From Macrostomum lignano (taxonomy: Eukaryota): a DNA stretch of 64,000 nucleotides. A program made the translations under genes and the position numbers. Below are positions 54,496 through 64,000 of this stretch, piece after piece. The DNA is taken from NCBI GenBank assembly GCA_002269645.1, contig NIVC01000107.1, positions 124,001 through 188,000 of the forward strand, in the 5' to 3' direction. Each line of letters begins with the position of its first letter. Within the stretch, counting starts at the first letter, position 1. Below the pieces are notes generated by a model. The model did no database searches. It saw nothing but the letters and a program-made list of their open reading frames with translations, and was not told where the DNA came from.

Positions 54496-55357
54496 GTATA
54501 GATTAGTCGCTATAAATTTTAGCAAGAATTAAAGCTCGAGAACCATATCTAATTGAGTAATAAACTAAGCGATTGGATTGTTAGCTATAGGTGATTAGGT
54601 AGTCAGATGATTGAGGGAAGCTTAATTTAACTTATTACGTAACCTAGCCAAGGTATTATATTGTTTCTGTCAGGATTCTTATCAATTTCAGTCATTATTA
54701 TTTAGGCTACTACAGAGTGCCGCTTCAAATTCTATAATATCATTGCTTTTTAACCGTTGTTCCTTGATCCCTTTTTCCTTTCTCCCTTTTCGTTTATTCG
54801 CTAACTATGTAAAAATTAACTGAAGGCGCAGTTTTTATCTCGACATAGGGTACGCTCGTAACTATAATAATAGAGAATTATGTTGATGAAGTTTAGAGTT
54901 TGTACGAGCGTATATTCATTATAACGATAAAGCGGTTAAGCTCATATAAATTTAAATTAATAAGTTAGTTTGTTTCTTACAGGCATGATAGGTTTTTACT
55001 ATTTCGCTACGTTTATTTTTAGTGAACTACCTTACTAAACAGGGGATTATTTATATTAATTTGTAGATTATTTTATTATAGCTCGTATTGCAGTAAAAAC
55101 CAATGAATTGATTGAATCCTGCACTGAGCGAGTTGAAAATCTTCAAAAACGTTGCTTTAAGTACAATTAAAACAAATAACTAGCTATATTACTTGCGGCC
55201 TTCGGTATAATTTTAAATTTTCCCTAATTACGAACGTACTATTCAGTAGTGATTTTTGTGCATCTTTTAAAAACGATGGTAAAAGGTTATCCAAGTTTTT
55301 GCTTGTGCTAGTAGACTACTTGATTTTTCTGCTATTGTTTTGCAGTGGTTTAAGTAG

Positions 55358-55992
55358 TGTTGTACCCACCAGAATTGCCCCGAGAGCTGTGAATCCGACT
55401 AGGGTAGCAGGGGCTGCCCAGCTGGGACACCCCCAGGTCCCGCCTTACGCCTGTCCCTAACGCTGCGAGAGTTCACAGCCACCCATGGCTGGCGAAAGTT
55501 CACTTGACCGGCCCCTGAATGCTGGGAGAGTTCCCAGCTGCCCCCCCCCGCGCGGCACCCAGACCCAGAAAGACAAAGAAGGCTCGCACCTGTAGTTCGG
55601 TCCCAAAAAACCACCGACTATCTGCGTACCAACCGTCACTTCTTTTTTCTTTTACTGCGACTGACGCGAGCGAGGAACGCAAGGGACGGGGCGGAGCGGC
55701 GACCGCACATTAAATAGCAAGAAAAGGGAGGGGTAAACAGATATAGGCAGACAATTAAATAAAGTACACTTCACCCTGCTGGCCAGCCAATCACAAGCCG
55801 CCTAGCCGGGGAGGGGTGGAGCAAATTGATTTGGCCCCGCACAAAAGACCGGGGGTCTGGGCAGGCTGTAGGCCAGGCTAGGGAGAAGCTCAAGTCCCCA
55901 AACCCCAGCCCAACCCAGAGCGAGGGGGAGAGAGAAAAAAGAGAGAAAAAGTCTGGGAGGGTGGCGCCCTCGCTGACGCAGCACGGCCAACA
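55358..55992. mobile_element. Solo LTR, 635 bp
   Basis: Termini are TGTTG...CAACA, flanked on both sides by GTAG (55354-55357, 55993-55996) as a 4-bp TSD; internal AATAAA near 55759. Confidence 0.7.
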
Positions 55993-56639
55993 GTAGCCAT
56001 AAGTAGCCGTTTTATGTAGCAATTTTGCTCGTTTTTTATGCCGAGAAAGTTTGATCAATTATGCTTTAAAATTTGAAACCTTTTTAACCTGCGAAAATTT
56101 TATTATCCTTTGTTGTAAGATAAAGTTACTCCGCAACTGCACTGCTTAAATTTTATAATCTTATCTACGTTACACAATAATTGCACTTGACCCTTACCCT
56201 TATTCATTCAAGCCTTAAAACAGATGAAAAGTCTCCTTTTATTATTGAACCTTATTTAGCTTTTAGCAGTGTACTTTTATATTTGTAATATTTATTCTTG
56301 GTTTTTATCTGCATGCGTGTGCACCTGCACCTGTAATCCAAATATTATTTAAACTTTACGTGCGCCTACTTATATATAGCTACAGTAGTTGCTTTTCTAG
56401 TTTAGCTTACTCGCTATTTAATTCACTATTTATCTTAATTACCCCTAATTTTATCAAACCAATTATTATATCCTTTTCCTAACAATAAACGCGTCAAGGA
56501 CTACTGAGTAGTTGTTAAGCAGTCCTTGAAACGCATTATTTATAACAACTTTTTGCGTCAATAAACTGATGGAAATCAATACATAACTTGTTCCGCTTTT
56601 ATTCTGATCTGATTTGATCTGTGTTTTCTGTAGGAAAGA

Positions 56640-57363
56640 CAAGGTGGTGCCAATGATCTAATAGCAGAACTGAGACGCATCTTATGGGACTGGAGGGGTG
56701 AGCCCATAGCTTCACTTGTGTGGTCCAGCAGGTAAAACGTTTACTGCGCCAGTTGAAGAATCCACATGGCCAGGGGAGTTGTTAGTTGCTACTAACCCAA
56801 GCCTTATGGACTAAAGACACCGCCAACCCAATATTAGTGGAATCTGGGACGGTGCTAGGACCGAGTCCACCCAGGCCACCACCCAGCAGACAAGTCCCGG
56901 GAGTGCGCGAAAAAAGAAAAAATCTTAGGATATTACTAAAAGCGGTCCGAGAGCGGGGAAACCCAGGAGTCTCGGAAATGGCTTAGTTAGTGACTTAGTT
57001 TTGGAGCGAGTCTGGAAGGCTTGTTTCCGAGGGCGAGTCTCCTGTCAGGCAGTGCCTACACTGCCTAGGATACCTACAGGGCTGCAAGCCACAAGGGTAT
57101 CACCTATCCAGCTCTATATTGGAGGCCAGGTCAAGGGATCAGGAAGGGGCACAAGGAGCAAGAGGACCCGGACTCAGCCGGTATCCCCGATTCGGGACGA
57201 ACATCCAACCCAGGACTCTAGTCCACTGTCAGGATGAGAGCCGAGACACAAGGGCAGGGAGACAGCCATAGGAGCCGGCAGATGGACCAAGGACAGAGAA
57301 GTAGTGAACTGAGTGTAACTGAGTATTCTTACAGCGGGCAGGGAAAATACCCGATCAAGTCGC
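56640..57363. mobile_element. LTR-like GC-balanced segment (partly duplicated at 58597-58870)
   Basis: Sharp compositional edge ending ...aagtcgca; no TSD or matching terminus found. Confidence 0.3.
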
Positions 57364-59905
57364 ATTAAGTATTAAAAGCTTGAGTCTTGTCTCGTAAACT
57401 AAAAAAATCTTTTTTTTTCATTTTATGCTTCAGCTTAACTTCAGACCAGCTTTGTATGAAATTATTCTGATGCTGCAACATCCAGTATGATATACATGTA
57501 CATGCTATTTGTAAAAATCGTCCTTAACTGAGCTGATGATATAAAAATTATGTGTAAAAAATTCTTAAATCGCAATTTGTAATGAGACCGACAGCTATTA
57601 TTGATAAATCTGCAGGTGAAAATTACAGGTAGATAAATGATTGCCTCTTTTTGACTGTAATATTGTAAAGTTTCTTATGCAGAACGAATGGGTGTGAAAA
57701 ATTATAAACTAAAATGATTAAAATATCAAAGCCTTAAGAAAAGTTTAGAAAGTGGACCGCTGTGCTGATTTTTCCACATACTTAAATGGTACGCCAGATG
57801 AAGACGGTTGCTAAAGGCGGAACAGGTGCGTAATTGACTCAGTGATGATACTTAATTCAATATTCTTTAATTTGGTGTTGGTGAGCCGAGACTCCAGATT
57901 AGCAGGCAGTTTTCTTTCTGAACGGGAGTCACGAGAGCAAATCAGCTGTACACCGCGCAGAACTGCATCCGCTCGGGCCCTGCGCTCAGCTGAGTCTGAA
58001 GTGATGAAGTGCAGTTTGGGTTGATGGTTAAACAGCGGGGCTGCAATTGGATGATCGAAGCTTATCTATAAAAAAGTTTGTCTCCTTTTCTCAATCCCAC
58101 GTCTCTGCTACCAGTTCCCAACCAAAAGCAGCAAATGCTCAGTTCAGATGCAATTCAATCAACTCACGCTGTGCTCGTAGATGCAGCAGGCGGGCACCCA
58201 GGCCAGCAGGGACAGCAGCACCACTATGAACACCAGGTTGCAGCGCAGAATGTCACCTTGCGATTGGGTTTAATTAATTGTGCCAATTATCGGCTTTCAA
58301 TTACCTCATTTTCAATCACTTAATCACTATTCACTTCACTCCCGTCGAACCGCCCCCCTCACGAGCGACTCTCCGCTGATTCGACCGANNNNNNNNNNNN
58401 NNNNNNNNNNNNNNNNNNNNNNNNNNNNNNNNNNNNNNNNNNNNNNNNNNNNNNNNNNNNNNNNNNNNNNNNNNNNNNNNNNNNNNNNNNNNNNNNNNNN
58501 NNNNNNNNNNNNNNNNNNNNNNNNNNNNNNNNNNNNNNNNNNNNNNNNNNNNNNNNNNNNNNNNNNNNNNNNNNNNNNNNNNNNNNNNNNNNNNNGGATA
58601 CCTACAGGGCTGCAAGCCACAAGGGTTTCACCTATCCAGCTCTATATTGGAGGCCAGGCCAAGGGATCAGGAAGGGGCACAAGGAGCAAGAGGACCCGGA
58701 CTCAGCCGGTATCCCCGATTCGGGACGAACAACCAACCCAGGACTCTAGTCCACTGTCAGGATGAGAGCCGACACACAAGCAGCAGTAGGACCAAGATGA
58801 CAGAGCAGTAGTGAACTGAGTGTAACTGATTTTTCTTACAGCGGGCGGGGAAAATACCCGATCAAGTCGCATTAAGTATTGAAAGCTTGAATCTTGTCTC
58901 GTATACTAAAAAAATCGTTTTTTTTCATTTTATGCTTCAGCTTAACTTCAGACCAGCTTTGTATGAAATTATTCTGATGCTGCAACATCAAGTATGATAT
59001 ACATGTACATGCTATTTGTAAAAATCGTCCTTAACTGAGCTGATGATATAAAAATTATGTGTGAAAAATTCTAAGATCGCAAACTTGTAATGAGACCGAC
59101 AGCTATTATTGATAAATCTGCAGGTGAAAATTACAGGTAGATAAATGATTTACAGGTAGATAAATGATTGCCTCTTTTTGACTGTAATATTGTAAAGTTT
59201 CTTATGCAGAACAAATGGGTGTGGAAAATTATAAACTAAAATGATTAAAATATCAAAGCCTTAAGAAAAGTTTAGAAAGTGGACCGCTGTGCTGATTTTT
59301 CCACATACTTAAATGGTACGCCAGATGAAGACGGTTGCTAAAGGCGGAACAGGTGCGTAATTGACTCAGTGATGATACTTAATTCAATATTCTTTAATTT
59401 GGTGTTGGTAAGCCGAGACTCCAGATTAGCAGGCAGTTTTCTTTCTGAATGGGAGTCACGATAGCAAATCAGCTGTACACCGGCAGAACTGCATCCGCTC
59501 GGGCCCTGCGGCTCAGCTGAGTCTGAAGTGATGAAGTGCAGTTTGGGTTGATGGTTAAACAGCGGGGCTGCAATTGGATGATCGAAAAAAAGTTTGTCTC
59601 CTTTTCTCAATCCCACGTCTTCTGCTACCAGTTCCCAACCAAAAGCAGCAAATGCTCAGTTCAGATGCAATTCAATCAACTCACGCTGTGCTCGTAGATG
59701 CAGCAGGCGGGCACCCAGGCCAGCAGGGACAGCAGCACCACTATGAACACCAGGTTGCAGCGCAGAATGTCACCTTGCGATTGGGTTTAATTAATTGTGC
59801 CAATTATCGGCTTTCAATTACCTCATTTTCAATCACTTAATCACTATTCACTTCACTCCCGTCGAACCGCCCCCTCACCGAGCGACTCGCCGCTGATTCG
59901 ACCGA
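57068..59905. repeat. ~1.3-kb near-identical tandem duplication across the gap (57068-58388 vs 58597-59905)
   Basis: Both copies start ggatacctacagggctgcaagccacaaggg and run to ccgctgattcgaccga; they differ by scattered substitutions and small indels. Confidence 0.9.
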
Positions 59906-62688
59906 CCAGCTGCCACATCCGCACGGTCAGGCCGCCGCCAGCGAAGTCCGCCACCTCCGGGCAGTCCGGCCTCCGCACAGCCGCGGTCGTGCCATTGTGA
60001 TGCGGCTCGCACGCGTCGCCGTCGCGATCTCCCTGGCAACACTGGCTGCAGGCGTCAGCAGGCAACGGGCAGGAGCAGTCGGTCTTGCCGACCAGCTGGC
60101 AGCGGGTGAGGCAATCGCCGCCAGCGCAGGCGCCGAGTCCGCGCAGGCAGGAGGTGCCGTTGGCAAGCGGCGCAGTCGTCTCCGGTGCGGGACACGCGAC
60201 CGAGCGGCCGTCGCACTTGGCGTCCGAGCGGCACGGCCAGAGCGGCTGGGCGCGTCGGCAGACGAAGCCGGGGCGGCTGGGCGACAGTCGATGCAGCAGG
60301 CGGAATTCGCGTCGCTGCAGGAGGCCCCGGGACGCAGGCGACAGTCCGGGCCGCAGCAGTCATCCCCGGCGGGCCCGGCGTCGCAGTCTTCGCCGACTTC
60401 TCGACGGCCGTTGCCGCAGACCTGGCCAGTCTTGTTGGAGAAGCAGTCGGCCTCTCGACTCTGTGGATCCGCGGTGGAGGGGCTGGAGGGGCTGGCCTGA
60501 GCTGCGTAGGGCATGCTGTATGCTGGCTTTTATGGTATCGCGTGCTCTACACTCTACAAGCCTCGTACGCGTCTGCACTCTGAAAGTACAGCTATGTGCA
60601 GTATTTTGAATAAATACGGAATAAACAGGAATATGAGCCTAAGGATTTTCACACTCCCAGCCCTGCCAACTCACAGCCAGCACATCGGCGATGGCCTTTC
60701 TACTGCAGACGGACAGCCGGCTGTGGTTGATGTCTTTGCCAGTGACGGCCTTGACGTGCATGAGGAAGTGACCGCCCTGCTGCGGCCCGGGGTTGCACTC
60801 GCCAGCCGGAGGGTCGTGCGCCGCGCCCAGGTTGTGCGCCAGCTCGTGCGCCATCACCAACGTGGCCTGGCGAGTGGAGATGGCTTCGCCTTTGTTGTTG
60901 CTGAATGTTGTCAGCCCGACGTTTCTAGCAACGTACGTATGGCGGCCGTGGATTGAGTAGCTGGGGTTCGAGCAGAGACCTCCGGGCTGGGACCTGAATT
61001 GAGTGCCCTGTGAGGTGAGGTGAGGTGCGAAGGTGAGATGCTTTGCGTTAGAAATAGGATTGGATTGGATTGTCAGGTGGCAATTCACCTGATACGCCAG
61101 CCCCAGCAGTCGCTTCTTCAAGCGCCGAAACGCGACGAGGTGGTTGAGGCAGTGGGCGAACAAGTTTAGGCCGTTTTGCCTGAAGTCGGCGAACGCCTCT
61201 AGCAACTGATAAGCTGAAACCTCCCTGTGGATGTTGGCGTCATTGAAGTGCATCGCCTCGGAGGCCGGCACCGCGGTGGGGCCGGTCATGGCGACCAGGC
61301 TGCTCACCTCGAAGCTGATCGCAGTGAAGTTGACCTCACCGCTGCTGGTTGTGAACACCTGGGATGAATTGTTTCATGATTTTCTAATTCTAAATGCTGG
61401 GTCTCACCGAGTCAAATGGAGAGCTTGAGAACCCCCAGTCTGCACTGGCGCTCACCGAGTTAAAAAAGATCCTGTTGGCATCGTCGGTCGCCTTGATGAG
61501 AAACTTCAGCGCTGCCGACACGGAGCCAACATGAGCGACAAAGGCGTGGTCAGCGATCAACTGCAAGCGACAAACTCGACGACGTGTCGAAGATGTCTGC
61601 AAATCTGCAGACCGACGGTAGCGACGCCAGGAACCTGCGGCTGCCGCTGTCTCCACCAGAGTTTCATTGCCACTTGGGTTGTGCAGTCCACACCAGAACT
61701 CCCTGCCAGTTGTGGTTTATGTAAGGCTACAGAAAAGGCGCCACGCTTTGCTTTTGGTTCAGGTTTACGAAATTTGAGCATATTTTCTAATGCTCCTAAG
61801 GACTCACGTAGAGTTCATGCCGGAATCGTAGTACACCAGAGTGCGGTCCTCAGACTGATTGCCGGTCAGAAGGGAGAGCGGCTGCAAGAGGAATTGGTGC
61901 ATCAGCAACTGGCATGACATCAGCTCCGACATCAACAGGTTATCACAGCTGCTCATTTCTTCCTACCTCAATGTTCAACACGTTGAAGTCCGTCTCGTAG
62001 ACTGTCAGGTGAAATCGATGCCGGTCGGCGTAGCCGGTGACGCGAGAGCCCGGCTGGTCTGTAAGATTTTATAAAGTACTTTTAATTGAATCTTCGATAC
62101 CTTAAAAGTTGAAGTCTAGCGAACTGACCATCGATGTAACCAGTGAAGAAGTCTTCAAGCAGCTCTTTGGTTTTGAGCTCAGATCGGGAGCCATTCTGCG
62201 CGATCAATGTGCTCACGACGGGATGCAGCTGGCTTGCGTAGGAGCGGTCGGGTTTGAGCACCAAATGGAACTGCCTGCATTGGATTTGTGCGAACAATAA
62301 AGGTTAGTGCCACAATAGGGTGGTGGAACATGCTGAAGCAGCAGTCTGCTCGCACCAACCTGCTGAATGCGACAAAGTGCAGGTGCTGAGTGGGTAGCGC
62401 ATCCGAGCCCAGGCTCCTCCTGCTGACAAGTCTGGCCGGCTGCAGCAGCTCAAACTCGCTCAGCTGGGAGTGCAGATATTCTAAAAAGTGACGTGGATTT
62501 TTAAAATCCATGGAAAGCAAAGCAAAGCAATGTGCCTGTGAAAGGAGCTGCTTACCGTCTACTGACTGGGGTGATTTCGCACCGTTTACTTGATGAGGCT
62601 GCAAAGCTATCAAGATGCAGAGGCATGCAAGCTGTCCACGTGACGGGAGACTCAAGCCGATCCATTTTCTGTGGCTGTGAGACGCCAT
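59853..62688 (-). CDS. ADAM10/17-like reprolysin metalloprotease-disintegrin; exons 62688-62556, 62480-62360, 62274-62129, 62058-61967, 61908-61808, 61702-61456, 61358-61089, 61007-60675, 60460-59853; one frameshift near 60280
   Basis: Signal-peptide-like N-terminus, cysteine switch FWCG, furin site RRYRR, GLAY...GGLC, zinc motif HELAHNLGAAHD, Met-turn FLM, disintegrin CGNGRREVGEDCDAG and a Cys-rich domain. GT-AG junctions are in phase. Confidence 0.88.
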
Positions 62689-62922
62689 TCGCCCAGCGAC
62701 CGTTCGGTCTGAGCTCCTCAGCGGGAAAATTATTAACAAACAAATCGCCTTTTTCAAAACCCAAATGAGGTCAATTATTTCTCTAAGAGAACTCCGGCCA
62801 CAGACAAGTCTAAAAGCTGTCAAGTGCGCTGCAGCAAGGCCAGAAACTGAAAAAAGCATCACAAAGCGCTTCTCGGGGCTCAAATACATGTATAGAGGTT
62901 TGATAGGCTCTTAAATTACTTC

Positions 62923-63165
62923 ATGGATGGGGAGCGGGATGGGGAGCGGGATGGGGAGCGGGATGGGGAGCGGGATGGGGAGCGGGATGGGGAGCGGGAT
63001 GGGGAGCGGGATAGGGAGCAGGATGGGGAGCGGGATGGGGAGCGGGATGGGGAGCGGGATGGGGAGCGGGATAGGGAGCAGGATGGGGAGTGGGATGGGG
63101 AGCGGGATGGGGAGCGGGATGGGGAGCGGGATGGGGAGCGGGATGGGGAGCGGAATGGGGAGTGG
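62923..63165. repeat. 12-bp G-rich minisatellite
   Basis: atggggagcggg units, about 20 copies. Confidence 0.95.
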
Positions 63166-63583
63166 AGTTCTGGCTAGGTGAAAGTATGTGAGAAAATTAG
63201 GATGCAGATAAATATTGCCAGAAAGCTCTGAGCAACCAGCTGCTCAATCCGCTGAGTTGTCACTCAACCAAGCCACCCTGTCACTCAACTAATTTTTCAT
63301 TTCAGACTTCCTGAGTTCCGTACTGAAGCAGCGGTGGCCGCGTACAGCTGACTACTTTGAGTAATCTTTCGAGCAAATCATTTACTCACCAGAGGAGACA
63401 TTGAGTAGCAATTTCACACAATACGCAATACCGGTATAGCACTATTTTCAATTTTCAGAATTAAGTCGTGCGAATAATTATTAAATCTCATCTCAGTGCA
63501 ATTAAAAAGTAGCGATTAGCAACTGTGTTTTAGAATGCGGGAGAATATTTTACTGTCAGTTTACTACTGCAAGTAGACACCGG

Positions 63584-63735
63584 CTAGTCGCTGCACACGG
63601 AGTTCAAGAGGCCCACTATGGCGCATTTCAAGCCTTTGCAGCAGCGGATTTGCCGGCCCGGCATGCCCGGCACCGTGCAGTCCTCGCCGAACTCGCTGCA
63701 CCGGTGAGGCTGGCTGGGGCAGCAGCTGCCGGCCG
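63584..63735 (-). CDS. 3' exon encoding an inhibitor-cystine-knot (knottin)-like peptide; 5' exon presumably beyond the window
   Basis: After acceptor cccgcag it reads ...CSEFGEDCTVPGMPGRQIRCCKGLKCAIVGLLNSVCSD*, giving the spacing C-x6-C-x11-CC-x4-C-x9-C. Confidence 0.6.
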
Positions 63736-63769
63736 CTGCGGGTGGGGCGGGTGATCCGAATATGTGTTT

Positions 63770-64000
63770 GGGTGCCTGTCTGTGCCTGTCTGCCTGTGCC
63801 TGTCTGCCCATGCCTGTCTGCCTGTGCCTGTTTGCCTGTGCCTGTCTGCCTGTGCCTGTCTGCCTGTGCCTGCCTGCCTGTGCCTGTCTGCCTGTGCCTG
63901 TCTGCCTGTGCCTGTTTGCCTGTCTGTGCCTGTCTGCCTGTGTCTGTCTGCCTGTGCCTGTTTGCCTGTGCCTGTCTGAGTGTGCCTGTCTGCCCATGCC
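63770..64000. repeat. ~14-bp repeat related to (GACA)n, running off the window
   Basis: gcctgtgcctgtct units. Confidence 0.9.

Noticed and set aside
57533-57570. CUGAUGA...(G)AAA hammerhead-like motif (also near 59040)
   Set aside because: Poor stem I and II pairing, and GAAA is missing in one copy.

Overview
Repeat-rich animal genomic DNA with spliced genes and two N gaps (16215-16567, 58389-58596). The GC-rich exons and minisatellite-filled introns resemble a free-living flatworm such as Macrostomum, but the species is an inference I cannot verify. Recognisable host genes are: cysteine desulfurase NFS1 (-, with frameshifts), a kelch-repeat exon, a METTL27-like methyltransferase (+), an isolated stem-loop-type histone H4 (+), an intact six-exon glycyl-tRNA synthetase (-), an ADAM10/17-like metalloprotease with no visible transmembrane segment (-), and a knottin-like exon at the right edge. 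Mobile elements are: a Penelope-like 3' fragment, a young Ty3/Gypsy element inserted into the RNase H domain of a LOA-type LINE, an RTE-type LINE abutting a tRNA-derived SINE, a solo LTR, and further LTR remnants. Two minimal hammerhead ribozyme motifs are also present. The most notable feature is a ~1,425-aa, nearly intronless SAM-less SAMD9-like protein at 50143-54495 (Schlafen/AlbA_2 nuclease motifs, SIR2-like region, STAND-type P-loop, helical repeats, OB-like C-terminus). It is a candidate invertebrate antiviral tRNA-nuclease and sits head-to-head with the GlyRS gene. All protein family calls are from motif recognition by eye; no database searches were run.
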